64,000 nt of DNA, from positions 42,904,001-42,968,000 of the forward strand of contig OZ024744.1 of NCBI GenBank assembly GCA_964016885.1, read 5' to 3'. Positions 1 through 13,159 of the stretch are shown here, piece after piece. The translations under genes and the position numbers were made by a program. Source of the stretch: Eledone cirrhosa. Lineage: Eukaryota. Positions within the stretch are counted from its first letter, which is position 1; every line of letters begins with the position of its first letter. Below the pieces are notes generated by a model that did no database searches, was not told the origin of the DNA, and saw nothing but the letters and a program-made list of their open reading frames with translations.

Positions 1-379
1 TGGTCGACCCAGCTCTATAGTAGTTGTAGAAGACACCAATGAATTTTGGGACAAATGTGTCTTACTAGCTTCGCTCTGGTTCTATTTTAAAATGTTCATA
101 TTCAATCTAAAATTGTCCACCCTAATTTTATCTCAGAATATTTTATAAAGGCATGTTCCAAACACTGGTTTTACTAATAACAAAGTTATTTTATTAAATC
201 TCTCTAACTTATTTTGACTTACAAATATTAATTTGAAAGCATAGATATAGTATCTCTGATGAGATATGTTAATTAAGATAAATAAAGAGTACAAACCCTC
301 AAAATAAGAGTATAACTTGAGTGATGGTGTGATTGTGGATATATGTAAGGAGTTTTAACAATATACTGTTGTTATTGCT

Positions 380-670
380 GATAGACCTCCATCAGTTCCA
401 ATGAGTGTTCCAGTTATTTGATCACTCCACAAGTATGTGTACCCTTAACATAATTCTCAATGAGATTCAGCATGACACAGTGTGTGACAAGGCTGGCATT
501 TTGAATTACATGTAGATACAATTCATTTTCTTTTTCAGCTGAGTGGATTTTGAGCAACGTGAAATAAAGTGTCTTGCTCTTGGGCATATTACTTTGCCAG
601 GAAATCGAGTTTATGACCTTATAATCATGAGCCAAATACCCTAACTTCTACTAAGCCATGTGCCTTCACA
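380..670 (-). mobile_element. Degenerate tRNA-derived SINE
   Basis: aagtgtcttgctc...ggaaatcgag...accttataatcatgagcc...ctaa...ctaagccatgtgccttcac reads as a reversed tRNA-like head plus core. A related copy lies at ~5345-5460. Boundaries approximate. Confidence 0.5.
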
Positions 671-1451
671 ATTGTAGATGTAAGGAGAAATTATCAATAA
701 TAGGTAAAACAATATAGCTGTGTGCAGACCTGCCAACCTCTAAAAACCCAAACGGAGAGTACCATGAAAAAAGTGCCCCAAAACGGATAGAAATGAGGCT
801 AAAATGGGGAGATTTTACATAAGAGCTATACCCATTTTCACAAAAGAAGACATCTCTCACTCACCCCAAAGGCTATTGCAAATCTCCCCATTGGATGGAG
901 AGTCGACAGGTCTGTGATGTAAGAGGTTAATCACTGTATAGTCATAGTTGTATTGAATGCATTAAGTCATGCTTGTACCAACAATTGCGTAGGTAGCAAT
1001 AGTTTCTGCAGCTATTAGGGGAAGAAAAAAAATAACTATCTTTTGCCATGATCTTTAACTCTTAACTTACTGTGATGATATAGCAGAAAATATCTAAGTG
1101 TTTTGTTCTTTTAATTCAAATGTTAATAGTATCTTTATTGGTGGACAAATCTTTATGAAAAATTGCAGGATTAAAGTAAAGACTTCAATTTTTAGTGTAG
1201 TGCAGTCATAGTGTTTTATACTTTTTGTGCCTTGCTAATGTAGTTTCATGTGGTATAGGATATTAAAAGTTAAAGAAATTTCATATAAAATCTGTTGGTT
1301 TTATTTTTAACACAGTGACTTCCAACAATTTTCAGTTTCCCAAAACATTTTAAATACACTATTCTTTTAGCTGCACATTCCAATACCTGTGTCTCCTTCT
1401 TATAGCATTATTCAGGAAAGGGATTCACATGACATTTATTAAAGATAACAT

Positions 1452-1800
1452 GGATGCAAGTATAGCCAAATGGTTAAAAAGTTTGCTTCACAATCATATA
1501 GTTCTAGGTTTGATTCTACTACGTAATATCTTGGGCAGGTGTCATTTACCATACTATACTTTAGATTAACTAATACCTTGTAAATAAAATTGGGTAAATG
1601 GAAACTGTCTAGAAATCCATCAAATGCACGGTACCCATACTTCAAAGAGCTAGCTTTGTCACATATTGTGTCATGCTGATTTGGCCTGGGAATTAGATTA
1701 ATGATGAGCATGTCTGTGGAATACTCAACCATTTGCATGTTAATTTCATGAGTAGGCTGCCCCATTAATCAAACAACTGGAACATTTATTGTCAAAATGA
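1452..1800 (+). mobile_element. Degenerate tRNA-derived SINE
   Basis: A-box-like tagccaaatggttaa and B-box-like ggtttgattct, followed by cttgggcaggtgtc core and ggaaactgt...agaaatccatc. Boundaries approximate. Confidence 0.5.
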
Positions 1801-2095
1801 TAGCAGTTCATTTAGCTTTTTCCTTATTTTCATAAAAGATAATAACAGCAGAAATTTCAGAGGTATTTTAATAAATCCAATATATATATTATTGAAAGAA
1901 TATGTATTTAATATTTTTATTCACACCACATTAAGTAAATTTACTGCTTATTGGTGGTAAGTTATTTTAATTTAGACAGTCTACTGGATTTTCGGGTAAA
2001 TTAATGAAGAAGGCTCTATGTGGTCACTCTACATGCTAAAAATTAAAGACAAATCTCCCTCAAATGAGGTAGACTTAATCTGTCACCTGGTTTAA

Positions 2096-2323
2096 CCCTT
2101 TAGTTACCATATTTCTAATGAAAGACATTGCCCATGGTTTTCAAATCATTTTGAAAATAACCAAGAATTTAAAGGGATTTAGTAATATAATTAGATTTCT
2201 CATTATTAAATTGATGTCCTGAACATAATTTAAAAGATTCTTACATATATATAAATACTATAAAGCAAACAGCTTTGTATCATAGAATTAGGACCAGTTT
2301 CAGATGGTTTGATATCAAAAGTG
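2096..2323. mobile_element. piggyBac-like MITE (old)
   Basis: TTAA|ccctttagttacc ... gatatcaaaagtg|TTAA: TTAA on both sides with degenerate CCCTTT-type TIRs. Confidence 0.5.
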
Positions 2324-2954
2324 TTAACATCACTACTTGTTAACTCTTTAAGCTAGGTCCTAAGTCAAAGAATAACTTCTTTCAACCAATCTTAGAAGTC
2401 CCTGAAAAATATCATAGGCATTACACTTCCTCCTGATAATAAAAAAAAACAGGCCCTACTATTTTATAAAGAGGAAGAACATTTTGACTTATACAATATG
2501 AGGTACACTATGCTTGGAATGAAAAAGATTGATAGGATGATCACAGTTGAAATGTCATTGATCATAGTCTGCTCAATCAGAGCTGACTAATGCTATACAT
2601 TGAACGGTATCACTGATCTGTCAATATATTTTAGCTATTTGATTAGGATTCATTAGAGCATGTGTTCTGGATCTCTGCACTCTGAGTTTAAATCATACCA
2701 AGAGACAACTGTACCTTTCATCCTTTCAGAATTGATAAAATAGTACCAGCAAATGGCATTTAGTTGGTGAAATTGTTAGAACACTGAATGAAATGCCTTG
2801 CAATATTTATTCCAGCACATTGTGTTCTGATTTCAAATTCTGTCTGGTGATTCACATTACAATGATCGCCAGGGCTAATTACTCAAACAACAAACAACTT
2901 ATTAAGAAAGCTGCAATGAGAGGAGGGAATTGGCTGTCTGTTACTACTGTCAAA

Positions 2955-3140
2955 TAATTGTTTCTACTTTTGGCACAAGGCCAACAATGACTGCAGTGTG
3001 TTACTAGTGCTTTATTTTATCAACTCCGTAAGGATGAAAGGCAAAGTTAACCTCAGCGGGATTTGAACTCAGACCATAAAGGGTCATAGCTCTATGCAGC
3101 CAAGCATGGTATCTGGCCCTCTACCAATACTGTCAATCCG
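2955..3140 (-). mobile_element. Octopus-type SINE
   Basis: Reverse complement matches the copy at 17211-17398 (aaggatgaaaggcaaagttaac...atttgaactcaga). Plus-strand fragments also at ~2660-2850. Confidence 0.65.
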
Positions 3141-4093
3141 TCAAATAATGGGTTCCAATAGAATCATATGTTATCTTAGACAATTTTATCAATGTGCAGA
3201 CTTATGTATAGAAATGATGTGCCTGCATATCTTATGTGGTCTTTTGAGTTGTTAACACATCTTGGAGTTGCAACTGCAGATAGTATCATCAATAGAAAAA
3301 CTGATAGAACTAATGTTCCCTTGGTCCAATTTGATGGTCAACTCCTTTCTTCCTTTAGTGAATAGATCTTTGTGTTGTTGAAGTAGACAAGATTAGCATG
3401 GTCCCAATGGCTCCATAAGGTATATGTTGAAGAATCCTGACAAAGTTTTAGATAAATGAATAATATATTGTCTTTAAAATGCCAAGTCATTGAAAAAAAA
3501 ATTAAGTGTGATGAATTTTTTTTTTTACCGTTAACATGTCAGTTGCAAAGAGCAGCAGTTGGTCATGCAGTAGAATTCCTGTGAAGACTAGAACTATCTG
3601 ATAGCTAATTTACAAAGTTTGTATGATTTAAATGTATTAAATTACTTAATTGAATGAAACATGACAACACTTGTCACTGCTTGGTATGATACTTTCAGCT
3701 TAATCAAGAGACAAGTAGGTTATGGGAGGGTTTTTTTGGTGGGTGGGTGGTTTGAATATCTATTTTTAGACAACTACCATATTTACTAATATATAATGCA
3801 ATCAATTTTATTTTATTTTTTTTTTTTTTTCAATCAGCTCAAAATTTGGAGAGAAGTATTGTACTCAAGCTAAATAAATAAATAAATAAATATTACAAAC
3901 CTATGTAAATGAAGATACCAATGATGATAGCTCCAAGACATTTTGTGACTGATATTCATACACTCATTACCATTGTAGTTTATAGTGCATATATCCTATG
4001 GCAACTGTTAATTCTATTGGCATGCAAGTGGTGTGTGCTTATACACTCTATTGTTTAAAAGTAATTAACTAATTTAAAAGATTACAATTTTAA

Positions 4094-4308
4094 CCCTTTA
4101 GCATATAAACCAGCTGTATCCAGCCAGAATTTTATCACTTCTTTCTGTTCAAACCGGCTGTAACTGGCTGCTCATACTGATGTTAAGGTATTGTTCTCAA
4201 AATAAATAATATCAAAATCTCATAGATTCCATATTATGTCAGATAATTCTGTGAGCCTTTACCACAAAAATATAATAGTATATATGGAATAATGTAAATG
4301 TTAAAGGG
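4094..4308. mobile_element. piggyBac-like MITE
   Basis: TTAA|ccctttagcat ... atgttaaaggg|TTAA. A partial second copy lies at ~4561-4700. Confidence 0.7.
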
Positions 4309-5890
4309 TTAAAAGTAATCATCTAATTTAAAAGATTACAATTTTAAATGTGAAAATTACATTATTGATGTATGCTTGTATTGGAAAAGTTTGCCAGTTT
4401 ACACACACTTCTAAATGAAAGTACAGATGTGAAAAAAGTGATGCATTGCTTTCAGAGCTAAATTTAGAGTAATAGAATATATTGAAAAGAAAAAAATGTA
4501 CCACTTCTTGGAAATTTGGTGTCTCTGAGATTAACATTCGGTTATGAAGAAAGAACCAAAGCCCAATAGCATTTAAACCAGCCATATTCAGCCAGAATTC
4601 TCATACCTCTTTATCTTCAAACCAGCCCTAACTGGCCACTCATACCAATGATATGGTATTGTTCTCAAATGAATAACATCAAAATTTCATAGCTTCGATA
4701 TTAACTCCCTTCCATTTCAGAGGGTTGGGGGTAAAGTATCAGAAGTTACATCATATTTGAAATTGCATTGTACTCATTGTATTCAAGTTAATATGGTGTA
4801 TGTATTCAATAGAATCTTTGAATTTATACTATCTGGATGTTACGACTTCCTTGTTTTCAATGTCATTTTTAGTTAGTTGCAATAAGTTTTGTTCATGCTT
4901 TAAACCAGGAGTTGAGAACCTGCTGACATCATTGAATATATGATGTTGCATGCAAAAATACTTTTGTTTTCCTTATCAGTCTTTGGTCTATTAAGACATA
5001 AAAAAATTTCCAATTCGGCCCACCACCAGAAAAGTATGCTGACCCTTGTTTTAGACCATTATACCAAGTGTATACATCCTCATTCCCCACCCCCTATTTT
5101 TCTTTTTTATAAGTATTAAGGTGTACACTAAGAATGAGAAATCAGCAATAAAATAGCAGAGCAGTAATTAGATCTAGGGAATCTCATGAAAACAATGCTT
5201 AATTTCATAAGAAATAGAGTTAAAAAAAGTTAGTTACAGCTCACACCGATATAGGTATAGCTGGCCTGCTGTGAAGATATCTCTCATAGGCAGTTTCTCA
5301 AATGTTTTAATGATAGAGGCTCCTGTCCTATCATTGAAAACAAATATGAAATAAAGCATAGTGCTCAAGAACACAATGTGATCCCTGGTCCAGGAACTGA
5401 ATACATAATCTTATGATTGTGAGTTCAACACACTAACTACCAGGTCATGCGCTTCATAAGAAATATCATGAAACGATAGCAGATTTGATGCGTATTTCTG
5501 CATGATGATCATATTGATGGCAAAGAAAACAAGAACAAGTTTTAATTCTTTTTATACTAAATTGACCAAAACTGTCCCTGATTTTATGATTGTAAACTGT
5601 TTATCTAAAAACACTCCATCATAATTCTATGTAAGAATATTTAAGTTATGCTCCAAATGCTAGCTTGCTACAGTTAGTGATGTTACTAAATGCCTCCAAA
5701 TTCTTGATTATTTTCAAAATGATTAAAAAATGCAGTATTTATCTTGAGAAATATGGTAACAAATATGATTAAATATGGTTAAAAAATATCAAATGGTTTA
5801 CTAATTTCTCACCTATTCAGTAATATATATATATATATATATATAGCTTGTTGTTTTTGTTTTTAACACTGTTTTCCTTTTCTTTTGCAG

Positions 5891-6436
5891 AAACCTCACT
5901 CTATACAGGTTTTGAATTCTATTGGAAATTTTTTAAGAATAAAAGGAAAAACACTTTTAGCAATTGAGTGTTTTCGCAAAGTATTGTCACAGACACCTGA
6001 AGAACCAGATGTATTGTTAAATTTAGGTAGAATATTTCTTCGACTTCATTATCTCGATGATGCATTTTATTTAACTCAAATATCTCTTCTGAATCTTCCA
6101 GCATATCAAAATGCTTGGTCACAGCATTTTACACTTGGAGAAATTTTTAAAATTTCTGGACAATATTCAAAAGCTTGTGATCATTTCCAATATGTTCTTG
6201 ACTTAAAACCAGGATTTTCTCCAGCTGAAAGACATTTGAAAGAGATAAAAGAGATTCCAGAGCACCCTGTGATGCAATACATTGTATGTTTCTTTATATT
6301 ACTTGTTTGTTTTTTCATTTTTGGTGTTGTTAACTCTGGTAACAAACATATTAAAACACAACGGTCCTTCAACAGAGCTATGGCAATGAAATCTTTAAAG
6401 CACAGCTCCTCAAAATTTGTTAGGATACGGAGATGA
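5891..6436 (+). CDS. Terminal coding exon of a TTC17-like tetratricopeptide-repeat protein with a C-terminal hydrophobic segment
   Basis: Polypyrimidine tract and cag acceptor end at 5890 (phase 0). TPR motifs IGNFLRIKGKTLLAIECFRKVL, DVLLNLGRIF and HFTLGEIFK...YVLDLKPGFSPA; TM-like IVCFFILLVCFFIFGVV; TGA at 6434-6436; AATAAA signals downstream. Confidence 0.8.
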   Translation, partial: KPHSIQVLNSIGNFLRIKGKTLLAIECFRKVLSQTPEEPDVLLNLGRIFLRLHYLDDAFYLTQISLLNLPAYQNAWSQHFTLGEIFKISGQYSKACDHFQYVLDLKPGFSPAERHLKEIKEIPEHPVMQYIVCFFILLVCFFIFGVVNSGNKHIKTQRSFNRAMAMKSLKHSSSKFVRIRR

Positions 6437-7251
6437 ATTGGTTTAAGAAAATTAAAAAAATTGAATTCTGGGATACAAAATGAAAAAGGAATTGTTTTTT
6501 ACATATTCTGTTTCTTTTATTTTGCTTTACACACACATACACACATTCTCTCTCTTTCATTTTGAATGTTTAAATTCCAAATGGTCAACCATTTGTTATT
6601 GATCATTTAAATTTGATAAAAATGATAATAAAGGGATACCCAACAAAAGGAAATAATTCTGCCTGACCAATAATTAACTTTTTATTCTCTGCCCGAAATT
6701 GGTACATAAGGTATGCTTTAAATTAACAGAAAGTTGACCATCTCTTCAGTGATATTTAAGAATTTAAAAAAAGAAAAGAATGGAATAACCAAAAGAAAAG
6801 TCCAAAAATAAAACTTATCAGCAAAAAAATTCATGAATTTATTTTGAGTTGTAATTCATATATTTAATTAATTTTACTTTGCAAATTCTTTATATTAATA
6901 TTTAAAAAAGTTTTATTTACATTTTATACATATTTTCATTCTGTTTCAAGTACTTTGTGTGTGTGTCTGAGTGTGTGTATGTGTGTGCATTTAGGGGAAA
7001 ATGAGAAACTTGTGTGTCCTACAAAGTTCACCTTTTCTTTAGCAGGGGAAATGGCCTTAAAACGCTTGTTATTTTGTTATGTGTGTATATATATATATGT
7101 ATATAAAAGGTAAACAGAAATATCAAAACAAACGACACAGTACATGGAAGAAATATATTAATTTAACACTTGAAATAGCAGGAATATATATATGTACATT
7201 TGTAAGGCTTGTGCACTGACTGACTTATACAAGTAGAATGTGCAAGCATCG

Positions 7252-7850
7252 AGTCATCATCATCATCATCATTTTACATTTGCTTTTCCTTGCTTGCAAG
7301 AGTGGGACGAGTCCTCTTCATCTCTCCATTCGTCACGGTCCTTCGTCATCTCCACTGTGAGCTTCAGCAATCTGAGGTGAGCTCTCACCACCTCTGCTCA
7401 TATTTTTTATGGTCTTCCTCTATTGCATCTTCCTTCCACCGGGATTTCTTGGGACTTCTTCACCCAGCGGTCATCTTCCATGAGCATCACATGGTCATAC
7501 CAATATAGTCTTCTCTCCTGCACACTACAGTTTATCTCTTATAAACAGTTTCACTCTCAACTCGTCTATGCTTGGTCATTCATGTACATTGACATTGCAC
7601 ATCCATTGGAGCATGCTTGCTTCATTTCTCTCCAGCTGTTGCATATCCTCCACAGTTGCTGCCCATGTCTCACTACCATGCAGCATCCCGCATCTCACAC
7701 AGGATCATACAACCAGCCTTTCGTTTGTAGGGAGAAACCCTTTGTTGTCAACAGAGTAAGCAGCTCCCTAAACTTCTTCCATCCTGTCCTTATTCTAGAT
7801 ACTATGGCCTAGGTGCATCCTCCTCCCATGCTAATCTGATCACCTAGATA
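7252..7850 (-). mobile_element. RTE-clade LINE 3' fragment
   Basis: Antisense match to the GWKKFRELL/LHGSETW/RWYGHV segment of the other copies; (CAT)n tail at 7253-7271. Confidence 0.8.
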
Positions 7851-7854
7851 TCAT

Positions 7855-8560
7855 TTATCATAACCACTTAGATGTGTTGGGAAGTCATGTTATTCGTTTG
7901 AATGATGATACCCAAAGCTATTCTTTTATAGTCAGCTACATACTGGAAAGTACCCTCTACATAAGCCTAGGAAAAGATATAAGGACTACATTAAAAGTAA
8001 TCTAAAGAAACTGCAGATTGATGTTCGGAATTAAGAAGGATCTACTATGAAGTGGGCTGTATTGAGAAAGCATATCGAGGAAGGCTGTAAAAGATTTTGA
8101 AGAGGGACATTTTAACCATGAAAGCCTTAAGTGGGAGCTTCAGAAGGGTTATTGCCAGAATCTCAATTAGAATATAAAAAGCTAAAAGTGTAAAACATGC
8201 AGGTATGTTTTACTCTCTAAAGCTAGACATGTCCATCATTTGAAGTCTCATGGAAGACCAACAGCATACAGTCTTCCCTTCTGGACCAAATAAGATATGT
8301 GTGATGTGTAGAAAAGTTTATAAGTCAACTTCTGGTCTGAAACAGCATATGGCAGTGCACAAAGATCATCTACAATCATATCCAATTAACAACATAGCAT
8401 TTATATATCACCTTTGCTTCAAATCATACAGATCTGTAATAGGATTGCAAAATCACTTGAGAGGTGATAGGTGGGGAGATGGTGATAGAATTGAGTGATC
8501 ACAAACAGAAAGGAAATCATCTGTGAAGAGGGAGCAATCACCATATGAGTGTATGTATGT
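7855..8560 (+). mobile_element. Decayed 3' end of a second RTE-type LINE with C2H2 zinc fingers
   Basis: KPRKRYKDYIKSNLKKLQID C-terminal RTE motif, then CVMCRKVYKSTSGLKQHMAVH and a second degenerate C2H2 finger. Confidence 0.6.
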
Positions 8561-8681
8561 ATGTGTGTGTGTAAACAAATAAAAATGATAGAATAGATTT
8601 TTTAAATCATTTAATAGCATTACAAATGTTTCAATACAAGCTATTTAACAAATGCTTGTTATTACAATATAATTAAAAAAA

Positions 8682-9527
8682 TAAAAGGCAGATTGTATGA
8701 TGCCTGTATACGATCAACAATGCTACATGGCAGTGAGACATTGGCATTACGTGCAGAGGACCTGCACAGACTGGAAAGGAACGAAGCATGCATGCTCCGT
8801 TGGATGTGTAATAGTAATATACGTGAACGGCAAAGCATAAATGAACTAAGTGAGAAATTAGGAATAAGAGGGACCAGATGCTGTTTACTTGAGAGAAGAC
8901 TACGTTGGTATGGTCACGTGGTGTGCATGAAAGACGACAGCTGCATAAAAACGTGCAGGGCGATCAAAATTGATGCTAGTTACAGAGTAGGTAGACCCAG
9001 AAAAACCTGGGACGATCTGATAAATTCCGACCTCACACACTTGCACCTCTCTAAGATAATGTCAACGGACCGAGATCTTTGGCGCTACGCAGTAATACAG
9101 AAGACCCGCCTTGCCTATGTACAAAGCGAAACCTACAGTCAGTAGGCACCTCTTAGCCAAATATACACCCCAATCCACTACCCCTACTCCATCCCCCCAC
9201 TCCCACCAACACCACCCTCTCTCTGTAAAGTTGGTACCACAACGTCCAGTCCAAATAAATGAGATAATAAGATCGAGATCGTCTAGGTGTCACGACAAAA
9301 AAACACACAGTCCCCGCTGTAATGTGGCCGTGTAGGTAACACAGTAAAAAGTTCCCAGTTCCACACTGTATATGTGGTTGGTGTTAGGAATGGCATCCAG
9401 ACGTAGAAAACCTGCCAGATAGTCCTATACGAACGAGACACGGTCACCCGGCCAATCTTGCCTCAAGTGGGACAACTCCCGTCTAACCCATGCTAGCATG
9501 GAAGATGGACGTTAAACGATGATGATG
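8682..9527 (+). mobile_element. RTE LINE 3' end with 3'UTR and (GAT)n tail
   Basis: ORF 8693-9145 (MLHGSET, MLRWMC, RLRWYGHV, GRPRKTW). The 3'UTR is shared with the copies at 21.4-21.8 kb and 22.7-23.1 kb. Confidence 0.9.
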
Positions 9528-9664
9528 TACATCTTTAGAAGCAATATAAATGATTATACAATGACCTGGTGAACAGCAAGCCCTCCCCAAAAAGATTGTT
9601 GTACTGTCAGAAGACTACATCTTATATATGTATGTAAGTGTATATGTGTGTGTGTGTAAGTAGT

Positions 9665-11430
9665 AGTAGAAAGGTTTCAGGCAACACAAGAAGTAAAAGG
9701 TTTGCACATATTCTGTCACATAAAGATCAGACTTGTGAGGTGTTCTGAATAGCAAGACACTAGGAAGATGTGCATTCAGAATAATAAGGGTTTGCTTACC
9801 CTCATTGATGCTGAAAAGGAAAAGGCATGGAAGAGCTGTTACGAGAGATTATTGAATGAGGATAATGCATAGAAGAAAGAGAAGCTAGTTGACAGCAGTA
9901 GAGTAGATAAAGTGATTAAGAATATGAAGGCAGCTGAATCATCAGGTAGAATCACTGAGATGCTGACTATCTGGCATGCTAGCTCATGTGCTACTCAATT
10001 AGGTAGTGTAAGATGGTGTCAAGTAACTGTTATAGTAGCATCATTGTCAACTCCTACAAAGGCAACTCAGATATGCTAAAGAGAAGGAGCCACAGAGGCA
10101 TGAAGTTGATGACTCAAATCATGAAACTTACTGAAAGAGTTATATAGCATAACTAGTTAGGGAAAGAATTGCACATAGAGCCCAGATCTCACTACCATGC
10201 AACATGGCTGCTCGTATACAGACATCATACAATCAGCCCTTTATTTTGAGGGAAAAACTTTTAGTCGTTAGTGATGGTAGTAACTCCTTGAACTTTTCCC
10301 ATCCCATCATAACTCTCGCGATTGTGCTTTATGAAAACCCACCTCCATTGCTAATTTGGTCACCCAGGTAACAGAAGCTATCAACTGCTTCTATGGAACC
10401 TTCCAAGAATTTGAGAATGTGATAACACTTGTTTCCTCTGAGCATTTGTTACATACTGCACCTGTAAAATGACCACATGCTAAACCTACATTCTTAGCTA
10501 ACTTACTTTGGATCCCTTTACATCTCTTCTGCACCCATAGCTTGCTTTTGGAACAGAAGATGGAATTTCTACCTACACACTGAGCAGAGCTGTTTCCCAG
10601 AAGGCATCAGCACCTTGTCTTCCTTACTACTTACTATAACTTTAGTTTTTGTCAAGTTGACTTTAAGACCTTTTGATTTTAGGTCAGGAATTTTTTCTTT
10701 AGTTCTGACATGGATTCAGCTATGAGAGATCATCAGCATACAGGAGCTCCCATAGGCATCCTGTTTGAAACTCTTCTGTTATATCCTGGAGGACAATAGT
10801 GCACATGAAAGGGCTGCGGTGGACCCCAACTTGCACACTAAACTCTTTGCTATAGTCATTATTAATGGCCTTGTGCCAAAAGTAGCAACAATTATTAATT
10901 TTAACCTTGCTGACAGCACCTCTGTCTATGGCTTGTACCACCCACACTAGTCACTCTTCTACTCCTAGTTTCCTAAGTGCCCACCAGATAACAGAAGGGG
11001 GGACCCTGTCAAAAGCTTTTTCTATGTCAAAAAATGACAAATAGAGGGGTTTGCTTTTAGCTAGATACTTTTCATGAAATTACCCCACAAGAAAGAGGAC
11101 ATCCATGGTACTTCTACCTGGTACAAATCTCAACTGCTTCTCATCTAGGTTAATTCATTCTTTAATCAGTTGTACAATGATTCTTTCTGTAAGTTTCATG
11201 ACCTGGTCCATCTGCTTTATCCCTCGGTAGTTCCCCCTATTTAGGGTGTCACTCTTGCCTTTGTAGCATTTGACAATGATGCTGCTGCTCTGCCAGTCAT
11301 TGGGTATGGTATCATTTTGTATAACTTAGTTTAGAATATGGGTAGTTATGGTGTGTCCTACCATCCCAGCTGCTTTCAGCATCTACACCCAATGACCCAG
11401 CTGCTTTGCCTGTTTTCATGTCCTTAACCT
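9665..11430. mobile_element. Two decayed RTE LINE RT fragments (plus ~9665-10175, minus ~10178-11430)
   Basis: WELLYADDL on the minus strand at ~10725-10755; homology to RT regions of the other copies; many stops. Confidence 0.75.
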
Positions 11431-11759
11431 TCAGCACACTGTAAAAAAATAAAAGAGTAATCTTCTCTTAATACATAATGCAGTGTCAAGGGAAGCAATT
11501 CATAAAAAATTCTGCATCCTGAATGTCAATTACCTTACTTCCTAGACTGCTGCTAACTTGCACCGCTGGTCACACTGGCTTAGCCAGAGATAAAATGACG
11601 CCATCATCACTGGTTGCCCATACTTAGCTGCTGTTGGAACACACTAGATGGTGTTATGTTGTCAGTTTTCAAATTCATAGCGGGAGGCTTTCAAAATGTT
11701 TATTTATAAACATACTGTATGTCGCAGATATACATCACGTATTTCATATATATATATCC

Positions 11760-12540
11760 GTAGTTAGTAGAAGACTCAGTCCATAGGACAAATTTGGTAT
11801 AACGTTAGTTCCACAACAACTTAGTAAACTAAACCTATCTTCAATAGACAGGGTGAAACTCAGTTATTCCTGTGTTAAAAATATGAAAGCCTACATCACC
11901 ACCAACCCCAAGAGCTCAACCCCACCTGGATGCTCTTGCAGAAGCCAGAAACATGCCCCCTTCAACAACAGTGTAACCTACCCACAATAGTCTATGACAC
12001 TGAAGTTACATCTACTCAACCACCCAACAACAGGAGGTCATAACATATCTGGGCATGGCAGATGGCCGGTTTAAAGAATGCTTCTTTAACAATCAGGTGA
12101 CATTTAGACACTCAGATAAGCGATTGTCCACGAAGCTGGCAAGTGACATATGTTCACTCAAAGATGCAGACGTGGATTACTCCATTCAATGGAAAGTTCT
12201 GACCAAATCTAGGCTATACAGAAATGGGAATTTGTCTTGTGGGATGTACATCGATGAACAAATAAATATCTTGCAGAGATTACATAATAGTCCTTGTCTA
12301 AGTACAAGACCTGATTTTTTAATCTCTATCTTGACGCTTTAAAGTTCTTTCCAGAATGAACTCAGTTGTCTCCTTTCATCAGTCTAATTTGAGTTGTCCC
12401 CCCTTGTCGATGACCATGCACAAGACTGGTCAGCTCATATACACTTTCGTTTTTCAGCATAATCTCATTCGAGTTAAGAATCCATTAGGTGAAACACATG
12501 CCCTCGAGGATGGTTTGCTAATTTGTTGTGAAACTAACTT
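11760..12540 (+). mobile_element. Decayed Penelope-like element 3' part (GIY-YIG endonuclease)
   Basis: KLSYSC, CSC..CP...C, IVY...YIW-GMADGRFKE...TFRH...STKLAS...IQWKVL motifs typical of the PLE endonuclease C-terminus. Confidence 0.7.
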
Positions 12541-13159
12541 TATATATATATACATACATATATATACATGGGCGGAGGTGAAGGGCAGATGATGAAGGAC
12601 TGTGACAAATGGAGAGATGGTGTTGAAGAGGACCTGTCCCACACTTGCAAAAAGGGAAAAGCAGATGTAAAGTGATGTGATATATATATTTATATATATA
12701 CAAAATGCAAACAGAAATAACAAAGCAAATGACACAGTACATTGAAGAAGAAATATATTATTGGTTTTACGCTTGGTTCACAAACTTTTATCATGGACAA
12801 ATCAGTTCACGAACAATGTTTTTGAACGTAAAACATCTCAGACAAGAACATACATATGTGGGTGTGTGTGTATATATATATATATATATATGTTCTTATG
12901 TATCTGATGACCTTGTGATAAACAGGTGAAATTCCAGAGTAACAAGACTCAGTATTTAGTCTTAATAAAATGAATATGTGTATGTATATACATATGCATA
13001 TAAGATGTTCACTCAACAAGTTTTGAGACTTTTTCTTTTCAGGTATTTTTATTTGACTTATGTAATTGTCACTATAATACTAATACATCCTTGATACGGT
13101 TATAAGTTAACATGCCAAATTTTTTTCCCAGGTTGAAGGTTCAAGCCACTACAGCACTT

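Noticed and set aside
1452-1530. tRNA gene
   Set aside because: Only degenerate A/B-box-like SINE head sequence is present, with no cloverleaf.
7290-7812. Plus-strand ORFs here and similar shadow ORFs opposite other LINE/PLE copies
   Set aside because: They are antisense frames of retroelement coding sequence.
12901-12950. ctgatga...gaaa hammerhead-like string (similar at ~12500 and ~17930)
   Set aside because: The stems or cleavage triplet are not convincingly formed; at best these are decayed remnants.
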